Positions 1-8,467 of a DNA stretch of 34,093 nucleotides are shown here, in pieces. Under the pieces are notes generated by a model. It was not told the origin of the DNA, did no database searches, and worked only from the letters and a program-made list of their open reading frames with translations. Where the stretch lies: NCBI GenBank assembly GCA_025928215.1, contig JAICJW010000002.1, forward strand, positions 1 to 34,093, read 5' to 3'. Made by a program: the position numbers and the translations under genes. Source of the stretch: Chloroflexia bacterium. Its GTDB lineage: Bacteria > Chloroflexota > Chloroflexia > Thermomicrobiales > JALYUS01. Numbering within the stretch: the first letter of the stretch is position 1; each line of letters begins with the position of its first letter.

Positions 1-1623
1 ATTTCGAACCGAAGCCTGAACCTGCTCGTCGTCGTGCGCGATGATGCGGGCGAGCACATTGCGCGGATCAAGATTCCGCAATCGTTGCCGCGCTTCATTC
101 CCGTGCCGCCGACCGCGCCGATGCGGGATGCTTCCGGCATTCACCGGCCACGCGCTTCGGTCTGGTTGGAGCAGGTCGTTATCGCCAGCCTGCCGACGCT
201 CTTCCCCGGTAAGGAGATCATCGCCGCCTATCCGTTCCATGTGACGCGTGATGCGGATATCGAGATTCAGGAACTGGAAGCCGAAGATCTGCTCGAAACG
301 ATCGAGGAGCAGTTGGAGCGGCGCGGGTTCGGATTCGCTGTCCGCCTCGTCGTGGACGCGACGATGCCGGAGACGCATCGCCTCTGGTTGATGGAAAAGT
401 TGCAGATTTATCCGTCCGATGTCTATACGCTGAACGGATATCTCAGCCTCGGTGACTTGATGCAACTGCTGCGGATAGACCGGCCCGACCTGAAAGACCC
501 GCCATTCGTGCCGCAAGTGCCGGCCGCGCTGCGTGACGGAAGCGATATTTACACGGCGATCCGGCAGGGGGACATCCTGCTCCACCACCCGTATGACTCG
601 TTCGTGCCGATTGTGGACTTCATCAAGAGCGGCAGCACCGATCCGGCTGTGCGGGCGATCAAGCAGACGCTCTACCGTGTTGGCAAAGACAGCCCGATCG
701 TCGAGGCGCTGGCGGAGGCGCGGGATGAAGATACCCAGGTCGCGGTACTCGTCGAATTGAAAGCGCGCTTCGATGAGGAGAACAATATCGAATGGGCCCG
801 CGCACTGGAAAGCAAGGGCGTCCATGTCGCGTATGGGATGATGGGCCTCAAGGTGCATTGCAAAGTCGCGCTGATCGTGCGGCGCGAACAAGATGGCATC
901 CGTCGGTATGTCCATCTCGGCACCGGTAACTACAACGCCGCCACAGCACGGACGTACACCGATCTCGGCCTGCTCACCGCGAACGAGGAGATCGGCGCGG
1001 ATGTCTCTGACCTTTTCAACTACCTGACGGGCTACTCGGATCAGCAGGAATATCGCAAACTGCTCGTCGCACCCGTCAATCTGCGGCAGCGGATCACTGA
1101 ACTGATCGAACGCGAGACCGCGCGTGGATCGAAGGGGCGGCTGATCTTCAAGACCAATCACCTCGTGGACGAGCGGATCATCGAGGCGCTCTATCGGGCG
1201 TCGCAGGCAGGTGTGAAGATTGACCTGATCTGCCGCTCGACCTGCTGCCTCGTGCCGGGGGTGCCGGGCCTGTCCGAGAATATCCGCGTCGTCAGTATCC
1301 TCGGGCGCTTCCTGGAGCATCACCGCATCTATCTCTTTGGCAATGGTGGCCGTGAGGAGATCTATCTTGGCAGCGCGGACCTTCACCCGCGCAATCTTGA
1401 TCGGCGCGTCGAGGTGCTGTTCCCGATCGAGGACCCGGCGATCCGCACGCATATCCGCGAGGACCTCTTAGAAACCTACCTGCGGGACACGGATAAGGCA
1501 CGCGTCCTCGGCTCGGACGGCCGCTATCGTCCGGTGCCGCGCCCGGAAGGTGCCTCACCGTTTACCGCGCAGGAGTGGCTGCTCAACACTGCCACAGCGG
1601 GTACGGGCCGGTACGGGGATTAG
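1..1623 (+). CDS. ppk: polyphosphate kinase 1 (PPK1), 5'-truncated by the window edge
   Basis: Frame 1 is open from base 1 (ISNRSLNLLVVVRDDAGEH...), so the N-terminus lies upstream of the window. PPK1 hallmarks are present: HLGTGNYN, KVHCKVALIVRRE and RFLEHHRIYLF in the two PLD-like C-terminal domains. Stop TAG at 1621-1623. Confidence 0.9.
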   Translation: MSNRSLNLLVVVRDDAGEHIARIKIPQSLPRFIPVPPTAPMRDASGIHRPRASVWLEQVVIASLPTLFPGKEIIAAYPFHVTRDADIEIQELEAEDLLETIEEQLERRGFGFAVRLVVDATMPETHRLWLMEKLQIYPSDVYTLNGYLSLGDLMQLLRIDRPDLKDPPFVPQVPAALRDGSDIYTAIRQGDILLHHPYDSFVPIVDFIKSGSTDPAVRAIKQTLYRVGKDSPIVEALAEARDEDTQVAVLVELKARFDEENNIEWARALESKGVHVAYGMMGLKVHCKVALIVRREQDGIRRYVHLGTGNYNAATARTYTDLGLLTANEEIGADVSDLFNYLTGYSDQQEYRKLLVAPVNLRQRITELIERETARGSKGRLIFKTNHLVDERIIEALYRASQAGVKIDLICRSTCCLVPGVPGLSENIRVVSILGRFLEHHRIYLFGNGGREEIYLGSADLHPRNLDRRVEVLFPIEDPAIRTHIREDLLETYLRDTDKARVLGSDGRYRPVPRPEGASPFTAQEWLLNTATAGTGRYGD

Positions 1624-1669
1624 CGTATGACCGGCACCAAATCCAGAGAGAACATGCACGATCAATACT

Positions 1670-1693
1670 GCCCGGAAGGTTAATCTTCCGGGC
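1670..1693. terminator. stem-loop between convergent ppk and membrane-protein genes (possible bidirectional terminator)
   Basis: GCCCGGAAG-gttaat-CTTCCGGGC: perfect 9-bp stem with a 6-nt loop in the 102-nt convergent spacer. No clean U-tract on either side. Confidence 0.4.
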
Positions 1694-1725
1694 AACATCA
1701 AACCGATTCCAGAAAAGATGCGCGC

Positions 1726-2091
1726 CTACGTCGCGTTGTTCTGGCCGATCAGATAGGTGACGAGCACAAGAATTGTGGCGGCGGCGGAGACGAGCGTCAG
1801 ATTGATCGCCTGCTCGCGACCGCTGAACCGCTTACGAACATATCCATGTTCCATGCCGACGGGGATGAGAACGATCAGCGCGAAGATGTAGTGGAGTATC
1901 ACATTCCGCTTGCCGCTTGCCAGCAGGCCGATACCGAGCAGGTACTGGATAACGAGGAAGAGCGAGGCGAGATACGAGACATACTTTCCTGCCGCAATTG
2001 TCCGCCCGGCGATGCCGATCGCATAGATGATCGTCGCCGCGAGGAACAAGACGAGGACGGCGGTACCGACGTACATATGAATGTCTTTCAT
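1726..2091 (-). CDS. small integral membrane protein, function unknown
   Basis: 121-aa ORF with about four hydrophobic spans (VGTAVLVLFLAATIIYAIGIAG, YLASLFLVIQYLLGIGLLA, ILHYIFALIVLIPVG, LTLVSAAATILVLVTYLI). G/C-rich third positions. No family motif recognised. Confidence 0.6.
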   Translation of the reverse strand: MKDIHMYVGTAVLVLFLAATIIYAIGIAGRTIAAGKYVSYLASLFLVIQYLLGIGLLASGKRNVILHYIFALIVLIPVGMEHGYVRKRFSGREQAINLTLVSAAATILVLVTYLIGQNNAT

Positions 2092-2182
2092 ACCCTACTC
2101 CCTTCCGTGCGAGTACTACGGCGTGCGCCATCGAACGCCGGTTCCGGATTGCAGTAGTGTAGCACCCTGGGGCGGGTTACGA

Positions 2183-2221
2183 GCAATGGGTAACGAGGGG
2201 AGATCACTCGTTACCCATTGC
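2183..2221 (-). terminator. 15-bp stem-loop downstream of the HMGL-type synthase gene
   Basis: GCAATGGGTAACGAG-gggagatca-CTCGTTACCCATTGC: perfect 15-bp inverted repeat about 37 nt past the stop at 2258. No obvious U-tract, so terminator function is uncertain. Confidence 0.35.
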
Positions 2222-2257
2222 CGGGGGATTGGGTTCGGGTGCCGCGACGATCGTCGC

Positions 2258-3544
2258 CTACCGCTTGCCCGTCGCTGCCTGTTGCACGTTGCTGGCGACA
2301 CACTGCCGATCTTGGCTCCGCCACGGGCTGGTCGTCAGGATGGTGCGGACCTCGTCCGGATAGTCGGCGATGAAGCGTAGCTCGTCGGGCAGGAGCGGCT
2401 TCTGATTGTGGCCGTTCGTGACCTGGACGAGTTCGAGTACGTCCGCCGCCTGTTCGTTACTGTCGAAGGTGATACCCATCTGCTCATAGACGTACTTGAA
2501 GCCCGCGAGGCCGCCGTACTCGCCGGTCGTGATGACACGGCCCGTCGGCACCTCCTCCGTTTCCGGGCGACCGAGCAGTTCGTAGTCGTAGAGTTCGTAG
2601 TTGTGGCGGTCCTTCAATGCCCCGTCGGCGTGGATGCCGCTCTCGTGCGCGAAGGCATTGGCGCCGATGCCGACCTGCCGGATCGGTACGGGCAGGCCAT
2701 AACTGCGGGCGACGTAGTTGCCGAGCCGCCAGGCCCACGACAAATCTACCTGTTCGCCGAGTTCGTACCCTTGCAAGCCGTTTGCGTACTTGATGGCGAG
2801 GATGCAGGAGAGGAGATCCGCCTGCCCGGCGCGCTCGCCATTGCCGTTGACGGTCGCGTTGATATAGGCGTCCACGCCCGCATCCACCGCTGCCTGCGCC
2901 GCGAAGACACTGTTCGCGTTCGCCATGCCGAGATCGTCGTGGCAATGCGGCTCGATCGGGAGCCGGACGGCCTCGGCGAGGCGGGTGATGCGGTCATAGA
3001 TCGTCCGGGGGGAATCGAAGCCGAGCGTGTCGCAATAGCGGAAACGAATCGCGCCGGCCTCCTTCGCCGCCAGCGCGAACTCGATCAATTGCTCGATGTC
3101 CGTGCGGCTCGCATCCTCCGCGTTGACGCCGATCATGCGGACGCCACCCTCTTTCGCCGCCTGCACGGCGTCCGTCATCTCGCGGGTGACGGCGGCGCGG
3201 TCCAATTTGCCCCGGAATTTTCGTTGCAGCATCAGATCGGAAGTGCTCATCGAGAGGTTGAGGTCCGTACAGCCGACGGCGACCGCTTTCTCGACATCGC
3301 CCCGCAGCGCTCGTACCCACCCTTCGAGCACCATTGCGCCGAATGCGCCCTTCGCCTTGAGCGCGAGGTTGCCTTGCAGATAGTGCCGTTCATGATCGCT
3401 GAAGGGAAAGCCGAATTCCGATTGATAGACACCCAACTTGGAGAGATACCAGTTGACCATCGTCTTTTGGAACTTGGATAATTTGATCCGCGAGGTCTGC
3501 ACGCCGTCCCGATTGGTGACATCAATGAAATGAATCCGTGCCAT
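2258..3544 (-). CDS. HMGL-like / pyruvate carboxyltransferase family enzyme (isopropylmalate, homocitrate, citramalate or Re-citrate synthase family)
   Basis: ORF 2258..3616 trimmed to the ATG at 3544 (MARIHFIDV...), which has AAGGAG 8 nt upstream. Family motifs: IDVTNRDGVQT, HCHDDLGMANANS, VNGNGERAGQADL, HESGIHADGALK. No LeuA-type C-terminal regulatory domain is evident. Substrate cannot be decided by eye. Confidence 0.8.
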   Translation of the reverse strand: MARIHFIDVTNRDGVQTSRIKLSKFQKTMVNWYLSKLGVYQSEFGFPFSDHERHYLQGNLALKAKGAFGAMVLEGWVRALRGDVEKAVAVGCTDLNLSMSTSDLMLQRKFRGKLDRAAVTREMTDAVQAAKEGGVRMIGVNAEDASRTDIEQLIEFALAAKEAGAIRFRYCDTLGFDSPRTIYDRITRLAEAVRLPIEPHCHDDLGMANANSVFAAQAAVDAGVDAYINATVNGNGERAGQADLLSCILAIKYANGLQGYELGEQVDLSWAWRLGNYVARSYGLPVPIRQVGIGANAFAHESGIHADGALKDRHNYELYDYELLGRPETEEVPTGRVITTGEYGGLAGFKYVYEQMGITFDSNEQAADVLELVQVTNGHNQKPLLPDELRFIADYPDEVRTILTTSPWRSQDRQCVASNVQQAATGKR

Positions 3545-3753
3545 CCGACCAACTCCTTGCGGGTCTTCGGCGAGGACGCCGCTAAAATCCGGCACCCCCC
3601 TCAACCCATGCGTCATACGGACGCGAGACGCATTGAGTCTGCGTTTCGCGTGTGACCAACGAGGTCAACGGTCATATTGTGCCGCCGTGAGGAAATCGGC
3701 GTCAATCAGGCGCGATATGAACATACTGCGCTGCGGCGAGGGGCTGGAACCGC

Positions 3754-4113
3754 TCAAGCATCCGGCTGCGATCCGTCGTCCGGCTCCGGAACGACGATTT
3801 TGCCATCGGGCACGGACCGCTCCTTAATGACGATCCATCGGGCGCCTGTGTCGGGATCAATCCAGGTGACACGATGCCGCTCCCCCGGTTGCACCATCAC
3901 GACGATTCCTGCCTCCAACGGTACATCCGTTCCTTCAACAGACAAGGTCGCGTGGCCATGCAGCACGACGTAATACTCGTGGAAATCGTGATAGTGGTAC
4001 GCCTCGCCTGCCGGGACGCACATCATCACGTCTGTCGTCAGCGCGATTTCGATGGGCGAGCCGTTCCAGTGCCCGCATCGCCACGGACTCGCTGATTCCC
4101 GATAGACCCGCAC
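3754..4113 (-). CDS. cupin domain protein
   Basis: Cupin motifs YHYHDFHEYYVVLHGHATLSVEG and VVMVQPGERHRV. The GTG start lies 3 nt after the stop of the preceding PNPOx-like gene, so co-transcription is likely. Confidence 0.75.
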   Translation of the reverse strand: MRVYRESASPWRCGHWNGSPIEIALTTDVMMCVPAGEAYHYHDFHEYYVVLHGHATLSVEGTDVPLEAGIVVMVQPGERHRVTWIDPDTGARWIVIKERSVPDGKIVVPEPDDGSQPDA

Positions 4114-4116
4114 CGT

Positions 4117-4638
4117 TTACCCCTTTTCGTCTGTGGACGGGAAATGATTGGGATGGCGCGCGTAGGTGACGAGTGTTTCCGCCTCGACGCGCAGATAGAC
4201 GCCCTCGCCCCAATCGTTCACGCTCGAACCGCTCGCCTCCCGCTGCATCGCCTCCAGTGGCGCGAAATCCTGGTTATCCGCCAGGATAAGGGTGGCGCTT
4301 CCGTGAGCGATGATCGCCAGGTCAATGCCGTCATAGTGGGTCAGGCTGATCGCCGGGCGCGCTGTCACCATCCGCGTCCGTGCCGCCGTCGTGACGGTCG
4401 GAATGTGGAACCGCCCGCGATAGAAGAGCGAGCCAATCGGCGCGATGCGCGGCTCGCCCTTCGCCGTCACAGTGGCGAAGGCGACGACCTGATTCCCCCG
4501 CAAGTACCGCACGAGTTGTTCCGCAGAGAGCGAGTGTTCCGGCATTTCAAACGAACTTCGAAGGAACGATCCCGCCCGCTCGATGCTCCGGTTCAGGAGG
4601 GTCTGCAACCGTTCCAAATCCTCCGGTGTCTCCTGCAT
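4117..4638 (-). CDS. pyridoxamine 5'-phosphate oxidase family (FMN-binding split-barrel) protein
   Basis: 173 aa. The pattern VVAFATVTAKGEPRIAPIGSLFYRGRFHIPT is typical of PNPOx-like split-barrel proteins. Strong RBS AAAGGAGAGGAG immediately upstream of the ATG at 4638. Confidence 0.8.
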   Translation of the reverse strand: MQETPEDLERLQTLLNRSIERAGSFLRSSFEMPEHSLSAEQLVRYLRGNQVVAFATVTAKGEPRIAPIGSLFYRGRFHIPTVTTAARTRMVTARPAISLTHYDGIDLAIIAHGSATLILADNQDFAPLEAMQREASGSSVNDWGEGVYLRVEAETLVTYARHPNHFPSTDEKG

Positions 4639-4655
4639 ACTCCTCTCCTTTGCGA

Positions 4656-4772
4656 TCAGCGATTCTCGATAAATTGCTCTTGAGCCACACCCGCATACTT
4701 GAGAATGCCACGCAATGTACCTGTTGCGAGTTCACGATGGACGTTCCTTTCGATGATCGCGACGCTTCCCAT
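4656..4772 (-). pseudogene. hicA-like toxin remnant (C-terminal half only)
   Basis: A 38-codon ORF missing from the ORF track: MGSVAIIERNVHRELATGTLRGILKYAGVAQEQFIENR. The stretch H-REL--GTLR-ILK-AG matches the C-terminal consensus of HicA toxins (..P.H..kel..GTLrsILKqAGl). The N-terminal segment (roughly 25 aa up to the GSH motif) is absent and no hicB lies adjacent. Confidence 0.35.
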
Positions 4773-4779
4773 CACTCTG

Positions 4780-5913
4780 TTACCTCAGCAACCCTTGCTC
4801 CGCGCCCGCGAGCAGGGCGCGCAGGCGGTCGGTGCGGAGATAGTAATAGAGGCGGTGTTCGTCGCGCCGGATGTCCACGAGTTCGAGTCGCTTCAGGCCA
4901 TTGAGATGATGCGAGACGGTCGCGATGCTGAGGCCGAGCAATTCCGCCAGTTCCTGCCCGTAGCGGGGCGCCGCGACGAGCAACTGAATGAGCGCCCAGC
5001 GCGCCGGATCGGCGAGCAGGCGATAGACATCCTGATACGTCTCCGGCGGCGCAATTTCCGGCACGATCTCGCCCGATTCAGCTGATGCGCTGGCGGATAC
5101 CAGCGCCATATCGGTCCCATAGGCGACGGCACAGATCGCACGGTCGTCCGTCACATCCGGCGCGAGATCGGGTGTCATCGTCACCCAACCATCGCCGAGG
5201 AATACCGACGGCCAGAAGAGCAGACGGGGCATTCCGCGCGCCTGCCGCCCCACGTCCGGTCGGTGCGCGATGATGAAGCCGAACGGGTCGGCAGCGTAGA
5301 CCGCCTGCATCCTCGCCTCGGCGGTTCGTCCCGCGGCATGAAGTTCAGGGAGAAGGGGTGCAAAGAGATCATCGAACAGACCCGCGAGAAGGTCCACGAG
5401 CCGTGCCCGCGTCCGCGCCGGATCGGTGATGACCTCCACAATCCGCATCGGGTCAGATGGCCGGGGATACAGGAACCGCTGCACATAGTCTGTTGCCCAC
5501 GCGGGATCGTCCACAAGTGAGCGAAGCACACCGGGGCTGCGCGGCGCGTCCGCGCGCAAGGTTCCCCCACACGCGAGCGCATGGGCGACGACCGCCGCAT
5601 CCGGCAGCGCGCGGAGTGCCGCGATCAAGGCATCGGGGTCGCTGCCATCCGTCAGCGCCCACACCGCGCTAAACGCGAGTGCCCCGATCGGGAATGTCGC
5701 ATCGAAAAAGGAGCGAACCGCACGATCTCGCTCCTTTTCCTGTGCTATGCGTCGTAACGGCCGGACAAGGAGCCGTGACCCTGACTCGCTCCCGATGCCC
5801 GTACGATTGGCGAGCAAATAGAGCCCAAGGAGGCAATCCGCGAGCGGCATGCACGCGAATGTCACACGCTCGTCCCATTCCGCTTGCTCTTTCGGCAACG
5901 TGACGCGAATCAT
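4780..5913 (-). CDS. ArsR/SmtB-family transcriptional regulator with a large N-terminal extension
   Basis: C-terminal winged HTH: ARWALIQLLVAAPRYGQELAELLGLSIATVSHHLNGLKRLELVDIRRDEHRLYYYLR. It is preceded by about 270 aa that resemble the DUF5937-type extension of some ArsR regulators (from memory). Start taken at ATG 5913; the track uses TTG 5916. Confidence 0.8.
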   Translation of the reverse strand: MIRVTLPKEQAEWDERVTFACMPLADCLLGLYLLANRTGIGSESGSRLLVRPLRRIAQEKERDRAVRSFFDATFPIGALAFSAVWALTDGSDPDALIAALRALPDAAVVAHALACGGTLRADAPRSPGVLRSLVDDPAWATDYVQRFLYPRPSDPMRIVEVITDPARTRARLVDLLAGLFDDLFAPLLPELHAAGRTAEARMQAVYAADPFGFIIAHRPDVGRQARGMPRLLFWPSVFLGDGWVTMTPDLAPDVTDDRAICAVAYGTDMALVSASASAESGEIVPEIAPPETYQDVYRLLADPARWALIQLLVAAPRYGQELAELLGLSIATVSHHLNGLKRLELVDIRRDEHRLYYYLRTDRLRALLAGAEQGLLR

Positions 5914-5921
5914 CAATCTTC

Positions 5922-5980
5922 AGGACTGAGGACTGAGGACTGAGTGTTTCCGGCATGCTCAGTCCTCAGTCCTCAGTCCT
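5922..5980. repeat. 23-bp perfect inverted repeat built from (GGACTGA)x3 heptamers, filling the moxR-arsR spacer
   Basis: A-GGACTGA-GGACTGA-GGACTGA-G (5922-5944), 13-nt loop tgtttccggcatg, then the exact reverse complement (5958-5980). It starts 7 nt after the moxR stop and ends 8 nt before the arsR-type ATG. No U-tract follows. Confidence 0.85.
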
Positions 5981-5987
5981 CCCCCAG

Positions 5988-7025
5988 TTATGCGTTGACG
6001 AGTTCCGGCACCGCCGCGATCACATCAGAGATGATGTCGTCCGGGGTGATGCGCTCCGCCTCGCCCTCGAAATTGAGGATGATGCGATGCCGCAGGGACG
6101 GGTAGGCGACCGCGCGGATATCCTCATGGGCGACGGCCAGCCGCTCAGACAGGAGGGCGCGGATCTTCGCCGCAAGGATCATCGCCTGCGCGCCGCGCGG
6201 ACTGGAACCATAGCGCACGAACCGGCGCACGCTCTCCGGCGCGAGCGATTGCTCCGGATGCGTCGCGAGCAGCAATTGCACCGCGTACTCGTTGATGTGG
6301 CTGGCAACGGGTACCTCGCGGGCCAGATCACCCATGCGGATAATGTCAATACCCGTCGCGACGGTGTTCACTTCCGGCGTGAAGCCGCCGGTCGTGCGGC
6401 GGAGGATTTCGCTCAATTCCTCGGCGCGCGGGAAGCCGACGACCAGTTTGAACATGAAGCGGTCGAGTTGCGCCTCGGGCAACGGATACGTTCCCTCCAT
6501 CTCCAGCGGGTTCTGCGTAGCGAGGACGAAGAAGGGGCGGTTGATTGGGTAGATCGTGTTCGCGACCGTGACAGTGCGCTCCTGCATCGCTTCGAGCAGC
6601 GCGGATTGCGTCTTCGGCGTGGCGCGGTTGATTTCGTCCGCGAGGATCATGTTCGCGAAGACCGGGCCGGGCTGGAACTGGAATGTTCGCCGCCCCGCGT
6701 CGTTCTCGGCGAGGATGTTTGTGCCCGTAATGTCGGCGGGCATCAGGTCGGGCGTGAACTGGATGCGGCTGAATTGGAGGTCAAGCGCGTCCGCGAAGGT
6801 GCGAATGAGCATCGTCTTGCCGAGGCCGGGCACGCCTTCGAGGAGCGCGTGACTCCCCGCGATCATGCAGGTAAGAACCGCCCGCACGACCTCCTCCTGC
6901 CCGACCATCAGATTCGCGACTTCCGATTCGAGCCGGAAGGCGATCTCGCGGAACTGCTCCGGCGTCAGCATGGGCGGCGGTTCCGGGTTGTAGGGGGTTG
7001 GCTGGTTGGTGTAGAAATGTGACAC
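5988..7025 (-). CDS. MoxR-family AAA+ ATPase
   Basis: Walker A GVPGLGKT, Walker B ILADEINRA, and MoxR signatures RIQFTPDLMPADITG, QNPLEMEGTYPLPEAQLDRF and GSSPRGAQA. GTG start with GAGG 7 nt upstream. Confidence 0.9.
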   Translation of the reverse strand: MSHFYTNQPTPYNPEPPPMLTPEQFREIAFRLESEVANLMVGQEEVVRAVLTCMIAGSHALLEGVPGLGKTMLIRTFADALDLQFSRIQFTPDLMPADITGTNILAENDAGRRTFQFQPGPVFANMILADEINRATPKTQSALLEAMQERTVTVANTIYPINRPFFVLATQNPLEMEGTYPLPEAQLDRFMFKLVVGFPRAEELSEILRRTTGGFTPEVNTVATGIDIIRMGDLAREVPVASHINEYAVQLLLATHPEQSLAPESVRRFVRYGSSPRGAQAMILAAKIRALLSERLAVAHEDIRAVAYPSLRHRIILNFEGEAERITPDDIISDVIAAVPELVNA

Positions 7026-7152
7026 GCGCTACCTCAATTTCAGCGATGCGGCACCCACACGTGGCGGTTGATGAGCAGTCTGCGCCGCTAGTATATCAGT
7101 GCCCTCCACTTCCCGCTGTACGCTCTTCCTTCACTGAACGGAGACCGGAGCT

Positions 7153-7575
7153 TTAGGGTCGCCCCGGTTTCTTCACCATTCCCGCGTAATCCCTGCCCAG
7201 ATAGTGATGCTCCATCACACATGCGACGCGCCAACCGTGCCGCTCGTAGAAGCGTTGCGCGGGGCCGTGATGCTGCGTGTCCAGCGTCAGTTTATGTGCG
7301 CCGTGTGCCGTGCCCCATTCCTCGAAGGCGTGTAATAGTCGTCCACCGATGCCGTTGTTCCGTTCCGTCGCCGTTACCATAAGTTCGCCCAGATGCGCGA
7401 CGCCCGCGCCGATGCTGCACTTCGCGGCGCCGATCAGTCTTCCCTCCCGTTCCGCCGTGATAATGCACCTCTCACTCGTCCACGACGCGGGATCAACCGC
7501 GAGCCATTCCGCGTCGAGAAATGTCCGCACCTCATCGTCAATCGCGCCATCATGCACCGTGATTTCCGTCGCCAT
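7153..7575 (-). CDS. GNAT family N-acetyltransferase
   Basis: 140 aa. Acetyl-CoA motif A-like NNGIGGRLLHAFEEWG, plus RFYERHGWRV. Confidence 0.85.
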   Translation of the reverse strand: MATEITVHDGAIDDEVRTFLDAEWLAVDPASWTSERCIITAEREGRLIGAAKCSIGAGVAHLGELMVTATERNNGIGGRLLHAFEEWGTAHGAHKLTLDTQHHGPAQRFYERHGWRVACVMEHHYLGRDYAGMVKKPGRP

Positions 7576-7617
7576 CGCCCTCGTGCTCCTTTCCGCGCGG
7601 CGAGTATACTGCGTCGC

Positions 7618-8451
7618 ATGGAATCGTTACGACTGCCGACCGTCTCGGTCGTCATCCCCGCATACAACGAGGCACGCGTGATTGCCCGCTGCCTTCAGTC
7701 GCTCATGGATCAGACGCACCGCCCGCAGGAAATCATCGTCGTGGATGACGGCTCAACAGACTGCACGCGGGCGATTGTGCGCAGTTTCGGCGGCGTGATG
7801 TTGTTTGAACAATCGCACGAGGGGAGTGGCGCGGCGCGGAACCGGGGGGCTGCGGTCGCGGTGGGCGACATTCTCTGCTTCCTTGATGCGGATATGCACT
7901 TTGCCCGCGACTTTGTTGCCCGTCTCATCGCACCGATTGCGGCGGGGGAGGAGCTAGGTACCTTCCATGCGACGGAGTACGTCGCGAACCCGCAGGAGCG
8001 GTGGGCACGCCTCTGGAATCTCAACCAGCGCCTGCCGATTACCCACAAACTCGCCGATGAGTATCCCGAGCGGCAGGCAGTCTTCCGTGCCGTCCGCCGT
8101 GATGCCTTTCTCGCAGCGGGTGGCTTTATCGCCGGTGGTTACGACGACGATCTCTCGCTTGCCGAACGGCTCGGTACATTGGCCGTTGCTGCCCCCGGCG
8201 CGGTCTGTTATCACACGAATCCGGCTCGGTTGGGGGAAATCTACGGCCAGGCCCGCTGGATCGGCGCGAGTATGGCCGTGCCGCAGACGACACGGGAGTT
8301 TTGGCGCTACTGCCCGCTCAATCCACGCGGCAAGGATTGGCGCGCGCTCACCCGGCCCGGCGAACGCGCACTGCCCCTCTTTCGCCTCGTCTATGGCGCG
8401 GGTATTTGCGCCGGTATGCTCCGCGCCCGCCGTGGCCGCAAGGCGAAATAG
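7618..8451 (+). CDS. family 2 glycosyltransferase
   Basis: ORF 7393..8451 trimmed to ATG 7618 (MESLRLPTVSVVIPAYNEA...); the upstream part overlaps the GNAT gene. GT2 motifs VVIPAYNE, IIVVDDGSTD and FLDADM. Confidence 0.85.
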   Translation: MESLRLPTVSVVIPAYNEARVIARCLQSLMDQTHRPQEIIVVDDGSTDCTRAIVRSFGGVMLFEQSHEGSGAARNRGAAVAVGDILCFLDADMHFARDFVARLIAPIAAGEELGTFHATEYVANPQERWARLWNLNQRLPITHKLADEYPERQAVFRAVRRDAFLAAGGFIAGGYDDDLSLAERLGTLAVAAPGAVCYHTNPARLGEIYGQARWIGASMAVPQTTREFWRYCPLNPRGKDWRALTRPGERALPLFRLVYGAGICAGMLRARRGRKAK

Positions 8452-8467
8452 GATGCACCACGCTCGG

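Noticed and set aside
2408-3481. 357-aa plus-strand ORF antisense to the HMGL-type synthase
   Set aside because: No family motifs; the opposite strand carries four diagnostic HMGL/LeuA-family motifs.
3676-3705. Promoter-like TTGACG-18-CACAAT on the minus strand upstream of the HMGL-type gene
   Set aside because: The -10 is poor and the spacing non-ideal. It is too weak to list as a feature and is mentioned only as context.
5955-7022. 355-aa plus-strand ORF almost exactly antisense to the MoxR gene
   Set aside because: The product is Arg/Asp/Gly/Leu-rich and low in complexity, with no motif, whereas the minus strand carries complete Walker A/B and MoxR signatures. This is a typical shadow ORF of GC-rich DNA.
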